From NCBI GenBank assembly GCA_027036735.1, contig JALWDU010000107.1:1037-65036 (forward strand): 64,000 bases of DNA, in the 5' to 3' direction. The translations under genes were made by a program, and so were the position numbers. Under the pieces are notes generated by a model. The model made no database searches and was not told the origin of the DNA. It saw only the letters and a list, made by a program, of their open reading frames with translations. Every line of letters begins with the position of its first letter. Within the stretch, counting starts at the first letter, position 1. Source of the DNA: Aquificales bacterium (GTDB lineage Bacteria > Aquificota > Aquificia > Aquificales > QOAS01). This document shows, piece after piece, positions 55,268-64,000 of the stretch.

Positions 55268-56701
55268 TTAACCTCCCAATATCTTTCCGAGGGTTTGGGC
55301 GTAACCGTTTACGAAGCTGAAGAGAATCGAAGGGACTATACCGAGGAGAACAAACAACGCCACATAAGCCATAAGGGGTATTCTTTCCACGAGGGGTAAG
55401 GGATGGGGGTGTAATTTTGCAACCAAGCCGGAAATTTCCCCGTGAAGCATCCTTCTGATAGCCCAGAAGAAGAAACCGGCGGTAAGCACAGCGGAGAAAG
55501 GTAAAGCCAACGCTATCCAACCGAATTTGTCGAAGGCGGCGTAAATGGCGGTAACCTCACCTATGAAGCCGGCGGTTCCGGGAAAACCTAGAGCCCCTAA
55601 AGCGCCGAGCATATAGAGAACGCCTATGAATGGGAACCTGCGGAGAAATCCGCCACCGATTTCGGAGATATACCAGGTGCCGGTAATGTGATGGATATAT
55701 CCGGCAATCATAAACATTAGGGAAATTATCAAGGCGTGGGCTACCATTTCGTAAATCGCGGCGCTGATACCCGCGGCGGTTAGCGTGGCTATGGCAACCA
55801 ATACCAATCCCATGTGGTTTATGGAGGAGTATGCGACCATCCTCTTAACGTGGTCCTCGTAAAGGGCTTTAAACGCCGCGTGGAAAACGGTCAGCAAACC
55901 TATACCCAACATTAGGTAGATGAAGTGTTTGGACGCCTGGGGGAAAAGCTCGATATTCCACCTCAAGAGTCCGTAAGCCCCCATTTTTAGGAGTAGACCC
56001 GCCAGGATTACCGAAATGGGGGAGGGAGCTTGAACGTGGGCGTCGGGAAGCCAGGTGTGGAAGGGAACGACGGGCATTTTAACGATAAAGCCGATAAACG
56101 CCAACGCCCAAATAACCTTTTGCAAGTCGATGGGAATATTAGCCTGCTTTATCGCGACGAAATCGAAGTGTCCGGTCTTGATGTAGATGATAAGCATTGC
56201 GAGGAAGATAAATATCGACGCCAGGTGGGTGTAGAGGAAAAACTTTACGGCGGCGTAAATCCTGTTCTCAGCCCCCCAAATACCTATATGGAAGAACATG
56301 GGAACGAGGGTAAATTCCCAAAAGATGAAGAACCAAAGGTAGTTAAGGGAGGCGAAAACGCCCACCATGGCGCCTAGGAATACCAAAATTAGGAAGAAGT
56401 AGGCACCCGGACGCTCAACATTCCAAGAGGACAGGGTTACAAGTATCGCAATTATTCCGGTAAGCGTTATCAAGGCTATCGCCAAAGCGTCCACACCCAA
56501 GTGGAGGTTGAAATCCCACTGCGGCAGAATCGGAATGTTTTGTTCGAAGGCAAATCCGTGCCCGGGATAGTTTAACCACATTACCGCCCCTATAAGGGTG
56601 ACGAAAATACCCGCCGCCAAAGAGAAGTACTTCGCCTGCCTATCGAAAAAGTAGGCAAAGGGGGCGAGAATTACCGGTAAAAGTATGGCACTCAGCAGCA
56701 T
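55268..56701 (-). CDS. nuoM: NADH-quinone oxidoreductase subunit M
   Basis: 477-aa antiporter-like subunit (WLPDAHVQAPSP block), placed between nuoL and nuoN. Confidence 0.8.
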   Translation of the reverse strand: MLLSAILLPVILAPFAYFFDRQAKYFSLAAGIFVTLIGAVMWLNYPGHGFAFEQNIPILPQWDFNLHLGVDALAIALITLTGIIAILVTLSSWNVERPGAYFFLILVFLGAMVGVFASLNYLWFFIFWEFTLVPMFFHIGIWGAENRIYAAVKFFLYTHLASIFIFLAMLIIYIKTGHFDFVAIKQANIPIDLQKVIWALAFIGFIVKMPVVPFHTWLPDAHVQAPSPISVILAGLLLKMGAYGLLRWNIELFPQASKHFIYLMLGIGLLTVFHAAFKALYEDHVKRMVAYSSINHMGLVLVAIATLTAAGISAAIYEMVAHALIISLMFMIAGYIHHITGTWYISEIGGGFLRRFPFIGVLYMLGALGALGFPGTAGFIGEVTAIYAAFDKFGWIALALPFSAVLTAGFFFWAIRRMLHGEISGLVAKLHPHPLPLVERIPLMAYVALFVLLGIVPSILFSFVNGYAQTLGKILGG

Positions 56702-56713
56702 CTCTTCGCCTCC

Positions 56714-58546
56714 TTAGAGTATTACCAAATAGAGGTAGTAGAGAATTAGCGCTCCGCTCACAAATATGGTTAGGTAATGGATGAGATTACCGGTTTGGAT
56801 AACCCTAACTTTTTCCCAAGTCCAAAGCGCAGTTCTCGCAACCCCGTTAACGATGTAGTCGTAAACGTTTCTATCAATCCAGTGAGCCAACCACGCGAGG
56901 AATTCGACGATAAAGTTCTTCGACAGCCAGCGGATGAGGTGGTCTATAAAGAAAGCATTGTAAAAGGTCTTATTCAACATCGCCATTATGGGGTCTTTAA
57001 GGAACACGGTGGTATCAATAGCCCGTTTGTAATAAATAAGCCACGAAAGAATAAACGCTACCGCCATCAGGGAGAAGACGAGAACGGTCAAAGCCCAATC
57101 GTGGGGGATGTGGGCGTGCTCCTCGATTAGGTGAATAATGGGTTGGTGGAATATTCCAACCAGAAAGGTTAATGCCGCGAGGACGAAGAGGGGTATCAGC
57201 ATAACGGGATAGGCTTCCCTAGCCTTTTTCGCAACTTCGTTGGGTTCCCCGGTAAACAGCTGGAACCACAGGCGGAAACCGTAATAGATTGTGAGAACGG
57301 CGGCGGTTAAAACGAATGCGAATGCTATGGGGTCGCCCGCTTCTTTAGCCTCGTGAACTATCCACTCTTTGGAGAAGAAACCGCTTAGAGGGGGTATACC
57401 GGCTAGCGACAGCACGGCTATGAGGAAAAGAATAGCGGTATAGGGCATAACCTTCATCAATCCGCGGATTTTGAAGGCATCCTTTTCGTGGGTGAAGTGT
57501 ATAACGTTACCCGCCGATAGGAACATAAGCGCCTTAAAGGTCGCGTGGGACACGAGGTGGAATATACCCGCCGCCAGCGAGCCCGCCCCGAGACCGACAA
57601 ACATCAATCCGAGGTTCTCCATAGTGGAGAAGGCGATGATTTTTTTGATTTCGCGGTGAACCATTGCGCCGAGGACGGCTATCAGCGCGGTAACGGCACC
57701 TATTGCGAGGATTACGTATAGCACCTTGGAATAGAGGTAAAAGTCGAACAACCTTCCGACGAGGAATACACCGGCGTTAACCATGGTTGCGGCGTGAATC
57801 AATGCGGAAACGGGGGTGGGACCTTCCATAGCGTCGAGCAACCAGGGAAATAGGGGGAACTGAGCGGATTTACCCACTGCACCGCCAAACATCAGCAGTG
57901 CGGCGGCGGCGGCAACCAAAACCGGTATAGCGTGGATTTCCGCCAGATGGTTAATTTCGTTTACATTTAGGGTTCCGGCGTACCACCACAGCAAAACAAT
58001 TCCGGCGAGGAAGAAACCGTCGGCAAATTTGGTCATTAAAAAGGCTTTGAGTCCCGCATCGGCGGCGCTATTTTTGTAATACCAGTAGGCGATGAGAAGA
58101 TAGGAAGCCAATCCCATGAACTCCCAGAAGATGAACATGGCTAGTAGGTTGTCGGAAACCGTTAAACCGAGCATGGAGCCGATGAAAAAGGTTACCTTCA
58201 TGAAGAAGCGGTGGGGACTTTCGTCGTGTTCCATGTAACCGCGGGAGTACATTACGATTAGGAATCCGAGGAGTGCCGCCATCGCGTAAACTACGGCGGA
58301 CAGCCCGTCTACGTATATCCCGAAGGGCACCTTTATATCACCGAATTGGAACCATACGAAGGAATGCTCGTAGTGGTGCCCTGTTGCGACTCCGGCTAAG
58401 GTCGTCAGGGCGATAACCGCGGACAGTCCGGTAACAGCCAAAGATAGATACCAAGAAATCCACCGGTCGGTGTAATGACTAACCAACCAAATTAGGGGTG
58501 CTCCAAATACCGGCAAGAACACCGATAGGTATATCAGCCACTCCAT
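56714..58546 (-). CDS. nuoL: NADH-quinone oxidoreductase subunit L
   Basis: 610 aa, antiporter-like with a C-terminal extension (lateral helix), downstream of nuoK. Confidence 0.85.
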   Translation of the reverse strand: MEWLIYLSVFLPVFGAPLIWLVSHYTDRWISWYLSLAVTGLSAVIALTTLAGVATGHHYEHSFVWFQFGDIKVPFGIYVDGLSAVVYAMAALLGFLIVMYSRGYMEHDESPHRFFMKVTFFIGSMLGLTVSDNLLAMFIFWEFMGLASYLLIAYWYYKNSAADAGLKAFLMTKFADGFFLAGIVLLWWYAGTLNVNEINHLAEIHAIPVLVAAAAALLMFGGAVGKSAQFPLFPWLLDAMEGPTPVSALIHAATMVNAGVFLVGRLFDFYLYSKVLYVILAIGAVTALIAVLGAMVHREIKKIIAFSTMENLGLMFVGLGAGSLAAGIFHLVSHATFKALMFLSAGNVIHFTHEKDAFKIRGLMKVMPYTAILFLIAVLSLAGIPPLSGFFSKEWIVHEAKEAGDPIAFAFVLTAAVLTIYYGFRLWFQLFTGEPNEVAKKAREAYPVMLIPLFVLAALTFLVGIFHQPIIHLIEEHAHIPHDWALTVLVFSLMAVAFILSWLIYYKRAIDTTVFLKDPIMAMLNKTFYNAFFIDHLIRWLSKNFIVEFLAWLAHWIDRNVYDYIVNGVARTALWTWEKVRVIQTGNLIHYLTIFVSGALILYYLYLVIL

Positions 58547-58549
58547 CCC

Positions 58550-58861
58550 TCACCACCTCAAGTTGTTTAATTTTTCGGGGAAAGTAATACCATATTTACG
58601 GGCGAGAATTATTAGCAATGTCAAACCGACCGCAACCTCTAAGGCGGCTAAGGCTATAGCAAAAAACGCCAGTATTACGCCATCCGCTCCGTGCTGGGTG
58701 GCAAAAGCCGCCAGACCCACATTAGCCCCGTTAACGATAATCTCGATAGAAATAATCATCTTCAGTATGGATTTCTTAGAGAGTAGCCCGTAAATACCTA
58801 TGGCTAGCAGGGATATCGCCACCAGCAAAAACCAGAACATCGGCTCGTTGGTGAAAGTCAT
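58550..58861 (-). CDS. nuoK: NADH-quinone oxidoreductase subunit K
   Basis: 103 aa with three TM segments. Position in the operon. Confidence 0.8.
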   Translation of the reverse strand: MTFTNEPMFWFLLVAISLLAIGIYGLLSKKSILKMIISIEIIVNGANVGLAAFATQHGADGVILAFFAIALAALEVAVGLTLLIILARKYGITFPEKLNNLRW

Positions 58862-58863
58862 CT

Positions 58864-59340
58864 CTACTCCTCCCTCTGGAGTTTTTTGGAAAGTATGTAA
58901 TAGGCTCCGTAAATTATGCCAACCGCGGTAAATCCGAGGGGGATTATCAATATCGCGTATTTATCGACAAATACCTTTCCGAGTTCCTCCAGGGATATGT
59001 TTAGGTAGGGCTTGGTGTGGAGTCCGGTCCATATGGAGGCTATCAGCCCGGTTATAAATGTGGCTACCGCCACACCTGCCGCCAATTTGCTTTCCCTCTT
59101 CTCCTCTTCCCTCTCACCTATGGTGAGAATTGCAAACAGCACCAAAATTGCCACACCACCGGCGTAAATCGCCAGCTGGAAGGCGCCCAGTAACGGAAAT
59201 CCCAGCGAGAAATAAAAGAGCGCTATCTCGGTGAGTAAAACCGCGAAAGCAACCAAAACCCATATAAAGTTTGTCAGCTCTATCGCGGCTATGGCGGTTG
59301 CAACCACGACCGCAAATAGGATAAAGAAGTAGAGAAGCAT
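58864..59340 (-). CDS. nuoJ: NADH-quinone oxidoreductase subunit J
   Basis: 158-aa membrane protein. Position between nuoI and nuoK. Confidence 0.75.
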   Translation of the reverse strand: MLLYFFILFAVVVATAIAAIELTNFIWVLVAFAVLLTEIALFYFSLGFPLLGAFQLAIYAGGVAILVLFAILTIGEREEEKRESKLAAGVAVATFITGLIASIWTGLHTKPYLNISLEELGKVFVDKYAILIIPLGFTAVGIIYGAYYILSKKLQREE

Positions 59341-59801
59341 TACTTACCCTCCTTCTTTTGTTTCTGCTTTTGGAGGTCCTTCACAACCAGCGGATTTTTG
59401 GTTATATCCCCTACGGGTTTCGCCCAAAGCTCGTCCAATAGGGGTGTCAGTTCGACCTCTTCCACCATAATGTCGTAGTCTTCGGTTAGATATATCGACT
59501 TTTCCTTGGTGGGGCAGGAATCTTCGCACAAACCGCAATAGCAACACCTTCCCAGATTGACAACGGGCATAGCCCTGGGACGCTTCAAACCGGTGGGAAC
59601 CATTATTATGGCGCCTATCGGGCAAGCCCTCTCGCAGGCGTAGCAGCCGATACAGGTTTCGGCATTTATAAAGTGCCTACCCCTAAACCTTTCCGGTTTT
59701 TTACGCACATCCGGATTTTTCTCCGGGTAGTAATGGGTATCCTTTGGCTTTACAGCCCTGGAGGCTACCAGAACAATTTTTTCCAATATAACGCCCAACA
59801 T
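59340..59801 (-). CDS. nuoI: NADH-quinone oxidoreductase subunit I (2x[4Fe-4S])
   Basis: CIGCYACERACP and CCYCGLCEDSCP ferredoxin motifs. Confidence 0.85.
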   Translation of the reverse strand: MLGVILEKIVLVASRAVKPKDTHYYPEKNPDVRKKPERFRGRHFINAETCIGCYACERACPIGAIIMVPTGLKRPRAMPVVNLGRCCYCGLCEDSCPTKEKSIYLTEDYDIMVEEVELTPLLDELWAKPVGDITKNPLVVKDLQKQKQKKEGK

Positions 59802-59815
59802 AACTTTCCCTCCCC

Positions 59816-60763
59816 TTAAAGCGCTTTAACCGCCAAAACGAGCAGTATATTTAGCAGCGAAAGGGGCACCAATACCGTCCACGTAAACCTGATAAGTTGG
59901 TCCAACCTTATCCTGGGAGTGGACGCCCTTATCGCAAAGGCGAGGTAATAAATTGCGAAAACTTTTATAAAGAACCAAACCCATCCGGGTAGGAAAGGTC
60001 CCTTAAAACCTCCCAAAAAGAGGGTTACGGTCATAGCCGCCAAAACGAAAACTTCGAGAAATTTGGCGCCCGCCAATAGGAGGTAGCCGACTCCGGTATA
60101 CTCGGTGAGAAATCCGTATACGATTTCCTGTTCCGCCTCCGGTATATCGAAGGGGGGTCTATCGGCAACTATTAGAATAGCCACCAGAAAGATTAAAAAT
60201 CCGACGATGTTAACGAGAAATCCTATAATGTCGAACTTCTCCACTATTTCGACGTAATTGAAGGTTCCATACCAGAGGGCTACCGACAAGCCCGCCAACC
60301 AAAGGGGTATCTCGCCGGAAATAAGCTGGTTTATAACCCTTACACCACCTATAAAGGGATATTTACTTTTCGAAACCCAACCGGCGAACAGGAATATTGC
60401 GGGCAGGGAGGTTAGCAAAGCCAGGGAAATAACCAGGTCGTAAGGGGTTGAAACTATCCAAAGGTTTTTGTCGTAGGGAATAAACGCCGCAACGAGGGAA
60501 ACCATTATGAAGGCTACCGCCGGAACTATTAGAAATAGGAACTTATCCGCTTCACGGTGAATAATTACCTCCTTTTGGAGGATTTTGAAAATATCCGCCA
60601 CCGTTTGCAGAATACCGTAAGGTCCCACATAGTAAGGTCCCGTCCTACCGTGCATGTCGGCCACCAGTTTCCTCTCCAGGTAAAAGGTGGCAAAGATTAC
60701 CAACAGCAAAAAGGTAACGCCGGGAAATACCAACGTTTTAAACAAAATCCACGCCAAATCCAT
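59816..60763 (-). CDS. nuoH: NADH-quinone oxidoreductase subunit H
   Basis: 315-aa polytopic protein with an FDIPEAEQE(I)V block typical of NuoH/ND1. Confidence 0.85.
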   Translation of the reverse strand: MDLAWILFKTLVFPGVTFLLLVIFATFYLERKLVADMHGRTGPYYVGPYGILQTVADIFKILQKEVIIHREADKFLFLIVPAVAFIMVSLVAAFIPYDKNLWIVSTPYDLVISLALLTSLPAIFLFAGWVSKSKYPFIGGVRVINQLISGEIPLWLAGLSVALWYGTFNYVEIVEKFDIIGFLVNIVGFLIFLVAILIVADRPPFDIPEAEQEIVYGFLTEYTGVGYLLLAGAKFLEVFVLAAMTVTLFLGGFKGPFLPGWVWFFIKVFAIYYLAFAIRASTPRIRLDQLIRFTWTVLVPLSLLNILLVLAVKAL

Positions 60764-60775
60764 AGCTCTCCCCCC

Positions 60776-61903
60776 TTATCTGTCCAAATCTCCGTGGCAG
60801 ATGTAGAGGCTTGCAAAAATGGTTGCCAGGTCGGCGAGCTTGTGCCCGGGTGCTATGTATTCCAAAGCCCAAATGTTCATAAAGGAAGGCGCCGAAATTT
60901 TCGCCCTGTAAGCCCCCGTTCCGCCGTCGCTGACAACGTGGTATTCGATGCCTCCCCTCGCCCATTCGACGGCGGAATAGGCTTCGCCCGCCTTAATCTT
61001 TTTGGGCATACGAATCTTCCACTTGTCCCCTTCGGGCATTCCTTCCAACGCCTGCTTGATAATTTTTACCGATTCCTCTATCTCCTCGAGAACGACGAGA
61101 AAACGGGCGTAGGCGTCTCCCTCTTCTTTCACGACCACTTTGAAGTCGAAATCCTCATAGGAGCTATAGGGATAACGCTTTCTCAGGTCGTAATCAACGC
61201 CGGAAGCCCTCGCAACGGGACCCCTCAATCCCAGTTCGAAAACCAGCTCCTTCGGAATAATCCCGATACCCTTATACCTCTCCACAAGGGTCGGGTTATC
61301 GATAAAGACCTCTTTGTAGTCGTCCCATCTCCTCTCCGTTTCCTCTACAGCTTTCCTAAGCAGGTCGAAATCCTCTTTTTTGGGCTCAAAGCGGACACCT
61401 CCGGGAACAATAGCCGCCGTGGAAATCCTATATCCGGAATAGTGTTCGAGGAAGTCGAGATAGTACTCCCTCAGGGCGAGAACCCACATCATGGGGGTCG
61501 CAACGCCGAGGGCTCCGAACATACCGCCAATACCTATGAGGTGGGAAACAATTCTTCCGACCTCGGCGAGGATTACTCTAAAGTATTGGACATTTTTGGG
61601 AACTTCGACATCCGCCAATTTTTCAACGGCGAGCGCCCAGTTCAGTATGGTTCCCAGGTCGTCGATGAAGCAAATCCTTTCGACGTTGACAACGGCATTT
61701 TCCCAGGTGCGGTACTCGAGCATCTTCTCCAGATTCCGGGTAACGTAGCCGGGGTCGTTTTCCACCTTTACAATCTTTTCGCCGTCGAGCCAAACCTTTA
61801 TCCGCATAGGTCCCGAAGCCGGGTGCTGAACACCCCAGTTCAGGACCATTAGGTCGCCCTCTTTACCGACTGGTTGGGTAATTATTTGAGCTCCCTTATA
61901 CAT
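60776..61903 (-). CDS. nuoD: NADH-quinone oxidoreductase subunit D (49-kDa subunit)
   Basis: 375 aa, ending ...ICHGDLDR, which is the NuoD counterpart of the hydrogenase DPCxxCxxR end. Followed directly by nuoH. Confidence 0.85.
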   Translation of the reverse strand: MYKGAQIITQPVGKEGDLMVLNWGVQHPASGPMRIKVWLDGEKIVKVENDPGYVTRNLEKMLEYRTWENAVVNVERICFIDDLGTILNWALAVEKLADVEVPKNVQYFRVILAEVGRIVSHLIGIGGMFGALGVATPMMWVLALREYYLDFLEHYSGYRISTAAIVPGGVRFEPKKEDFDLLRKAVEETERRWDDYKEVFIDNPTLVERYKGIGIIPKELVFELGLRGPVARASGVDYDLRKRYPYSSYEDFDFKVVVKEEGDAYARFLVVLEEIEESVKIIKQALEGMPEGDKWKIRMPKKIKAGEAYSAVEWARGGIEYHVVSDGGTGAYRAKISAPSFMNIWALEYIAPGHKLADLATIFASLYICHGDLDR

Positions 61904-61915
61904 ACGGCAACCTCC

Positions 61916-62380
61916 TTACTTTCGATGGGGTTCGGGTATATAGGACTTCCTCTGAACCCATTTCCCCTGAAGGGTATCGTCGAGCAAAAGAGGTTTGAGC
62001 CTCGGATGTCCCTTGAAGTTAATTCCGAATTTCTCCCACTCCTCCCTCTCGCAAGCCTCCAAGGCGGGGAATATATCGTGAATCGAATCTATTTCCGGAT
62101 TCTCCAAAGGTATTTCCGTCCTGATTAAAACCCATATTCTTTCCTCTATACTTTCGAAGAAGTAATTGAGCTCTAATCCTCTACCTTTGGGGGAGTAGTC
62201 CACCGGCGACAGAGTGTGGAAAAAATTAAAACCCTCCTCCTTGAGGAGTTTGGCAACCTCCCTTATGTGGTGGGGTTGTATTTTAAACATATAGGTTTTT
62301 GCCACCCTGTTTTGGGGGTATTCCTCGGCTTTCACGCCGAAGTACATTTCCATCTTTTTGGCAAAGCTCTCAAAGCCCAT
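61916..62380 (-). CDS. nuoC: NADH-quinone oxidoreductase subunit C (30-kDa subunit)
   Basis: EREEWEKFGINFKGHP block. Start set at MGFESF (CAT 62378-62380, GGGAGG upstream). Confidence 0.8.
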   Translation of the reverse strand: MGFESFAKKMEMYFGVKAEEYPQNRVAKTYMFKIQPHHIREVAKLLKEEGFNFFHTLSPVDYSPKGRGLELNYFFESIEERIWVLIRTEIPLENPEIDSIHDIFPALEACEREEWEKFGINFKGHPRLKPLLLDDTLQGKWVQRKSYIPEPHRK

Positions 62381-62445
62381 AAGCGTCCTCCCGCCGAAAA
62401 AAATTGAGAATAAGTTAAAAAAGAACCCAAAGCCGTTGTCAAGAT

Positions 62446-62976
62446 TTAACCGCCAACAAAGAAGGGCTGTTGCGATAGAAGGGGATTTTTCTCCAATTCC
62501 CGTTTGAGGATTTCCCTCCAAGTCCCCTCCCTTTCGGCGCGGGCTTCCCTTTTCTCCCTAATAATCTTTTTCATCTCAAGCAAGCCGTCGAGGATAGCCT
62601 CCGGTGTGGGCGGACAACCGGCAACGAAAACGTCGGGAGGGAGTATTTCGGGTATATTTGTCACGACCGAAGTCGAATCGTAATAGGGTCCCCCATCGAA
62701 GGCGCAAGCCCCTATGGCGAATACGTAACGGGGTTTGGGCATTTGGTCATAGGTCATCAGAAGGACGGGTAAAACCTTTCTGGAAACCAAACCGGTAATA
62801 ACGATAAAGTCGGCTTGCCTCGGGGAGGGAACGGGCAAAAATCCGTACCTCTCCCAGTCGAAGCGGGGACCCATTAGAGCCAATATCTCCAAGGAACAGC
62901 ACCCCGAACAGTAGTGAACCATCCAGGGGCTGTTCGCCCTAGCCCAACCGAAAAAATCAAGAAACTTGGTCAACAT
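62446..62976 (-). CDS. nuoB: NADH-quinone oxidoreductase subunit B (20-kDa, N2 cluster)
   Basis: The Cys pattern CSGCCSLE ... GACAFDGGPY ... GCPP is typical of NuoB. Confidence 0.85.
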   Translation of the reverse strand: MLTKFLDFFGWARANSPWMVHYCSGCCSLEILALMGPRFDWERYGFLPVPSPRQADFIVITGLVSRKVLPVLLMTYDQMPKPRYVFAIGACAFDGGPYYDSTSVVTNIPEILPPDVFVAGCPPTPEAILDGLLEMKKIIREKREARAEREGTWREILKRELEKNPLLSQQPFFVGG

Positions 62977-63298
62977 AACGCTTCCCTCCTATGATGTGCC
63001 AGATGGCGAGAAGTAGAGGTATAACAAAGAGTAAGTAAATCCAAAAGCCTTTTCCATTAGTTATCGCTTCCAAAGCCACGAACATTCCCACCATATCCAT
63101 CGTCAGGAACAGTATTCCGAAGAAGTAGTAACGGAAATTGGACTTCTTGGGTAGGGGTCCCTCGGGGGGAACGGCACACTCGTAGGGAACGTGTTTTGCA
63201 ACCGACTCCCCTTTGGGTGCGTAAATAAGCGCTATTAACCAAAATAGGAGAACCGTTGCGACGATTCCCACCACAAAGAGGATAAAAGCCACCAACAT
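62957..63298 (-). CDS. nuoA: NADH-quinone oxidoreductase subunit A
   Basis: 113 aa with three TM segments, YECA-like block PYECAVPP. First gene of the nuo cluster. Confidence 0.8.
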   Translation of the reverse strand: MLVAFILFVVGIVATVLLFWLIALIYAPKGESVAKHVPYECAVPPEGPLPKKSNFRYYFFGILFLTMDMVGMFVALEAITNGKGFWIYLLFVIPLLLAIWHIIGGKRYVDQVS

Positions 63299-63408
63299 CT
63301 CTTTACCTCCGAAGGTGCTAACTATTTTCTTATATTGCTATATCCCAAAGAGCGAGGGAAAAAAGGAAGGTCATTGAAATCTGGAGGTAAAAGGGAGACG
63401 GAAGAAGG

Positions 63409-63819
63409 TTATTTGGAACGTCTCTTCCTTCTAGCCTCCTGCCAAACCTTTTTACTCCTTACCGCTTCCAATTCGACTTCAAACCAGAGGTCGTTGGGTT
63501 TATCCTCCGCCGTGGCGGGGGGAGCGGTTTCCTCAACCTGAACCAGGGTTCCCGGTTTGGGACACGCCCTCACACACTCGCCGCAGTATATACATAAATA
63601 AGGGTTATAGTGGAACTTAAGTTTTTTGGAACCGTCTTCGGGATAGGTGAAGATAATAGCCCCCGGAGGGCAAACCATTTCGCACTTTTTGCAATAAATG
63701 CAAGTCTCTTCGAAGTATTTGATTAATCCCCTGTAATTCTTCGGCTTGGGCGTCCCCTCCGGACGGGTGGCTGGCTTCGAAAAGAGATTTTTTAAAGAGT
63801 ATAAAAACATCTTCAGCAT
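63409..63819 (-). CDS. 2x[4Fe-4S] ferredoxin-type subunit (EchF/HycF/NuoI-like)
   Basis: CIYCKKCEMVCP and CIYCGECVRACP. Directly downstream of a hydrogenase large-subunit gene. Confidence 0.65.
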   Translation of the reverse strand: MLKMFLYSLKNLFSKPATRPEGTPKPKNYRGLIKYFEETCIYCKKCEMVCPPGAIIFTYPEDGSKKLKFHYNPYLCIYCGECVRACPKPGTLVQVEETAPPATAEDKPNDLWFEVELEAVRSKKVWQEARRKRRSK

Positions 63820-63830
63820 TTCAAACCCTC

Positions 63831-64000
63831 CTATCGGGCTGTGCAGGAGAGACAGGGGTCAAAGCTTATGGTTATGTCGGGAACAAAGGCGTAGGGTTGG
63901 TCGTAGTAGAGTTCCTTCATAACCGGTATAACGCTAAACGTCGGGGTTTTAATTCTTAGCCTTTCCAAAACCGGTTTCCCATTTCCCTTTACGTAGTAGA
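63831..64000 (-). CDS. [NiFe]-hydrogenase large subunit, group 4 (Ech/Mbh/Hyc-type), C-terminal 55 codons only
   Basis: Own translation: ...YYVKGNGKPVLERLRIKTPTFSVIPVMKELYYDQPYAFVPDITISFDPCLSCTAR*. DPCxxCxxR is the C-terminal Ni-binding motif of energy-converting hydrogenases. The 5' part lies beyond the window. Confidence 0.7.
   Translation of the reverse strand, partial: YYVKGNGKPVLERLRIKTPTFSVIPVMKELYYDQPYAFVPDITISFDPCLSCTAR

Noticed and set aside
60557-61852. 431-aa ORF on the + strand
   Set aside because: Antisense to nuoH and nuoD, which have clear family motifs. No motifs of its own, so it is a shadow ORF.
1-64000. CRISPR arrays, tRNA and rRNA genes
   Set aside because: I scanned the intergenic regions for regularly spaced direct repeats, cloverleaf-compatible GTTCGAATC-type arms and rRNA-like segments, and found none. 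A tRNAscan/Rfam run would be the decisive check.

Overview
64-kb chromosomal window from a thermophilic bacterium. Gene content and protein sequences look Aquificota-like, but that is a by-eye assignment I could not verify. Most of the window is tightly packed housekeeping genes on both strands: purA (partial), glyS, epmA, rsgA, lptB, rsmH, rtcA, mtaB, hsp20, trkH, thiL, infA, gltX, prmC, rsmA, a biotin carboxylase, dnaJ-hspR, a prenyl synthase, mdh, thrB, ppsA, prfA, hemY, gcvPA and queD. It ends in an 11-gene nuoABCDHIJKLMN operon with no nuoEFG, directly preceded by Ech-type [NiFe]-hydrogenase genes. The accessory content is more interesting. (1) Two visibly AT-rich IS200/IS605-type TnpB elements lack tnpA and share left-end and right-end sequence motifs. 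Element 1 (about 4919-6625) sits about 10 bp upstream of the epmA start. Between its left end and tnpB it carries a divergent 59-aa ribbon-helix-helix gene that is below the ORF-track cut-off. Element 2 (about 51127-52506) splits the nucleotidyltransferase (MNT antitoxin) gene of an MNT/HEPN pair, and the HEPN partner reads RNxxxR where RNxxxH is expected. (2) A decayed Rpn/YhgA-type nuclease gene carries an in-frame TAG. (3) panE is interrupted by a single in-frame TAA. (4) Two paralogous unannotated 36-aa membrane peptides are present. (5) A PilT-like protein lacks recognisable ATPase motifs. (6) An identical 15-nt GC hairpin occurs at four sites. I saw no rRNA, tRNA or CRISPR array. All family calls come from reading the translations, and no database search was possible.
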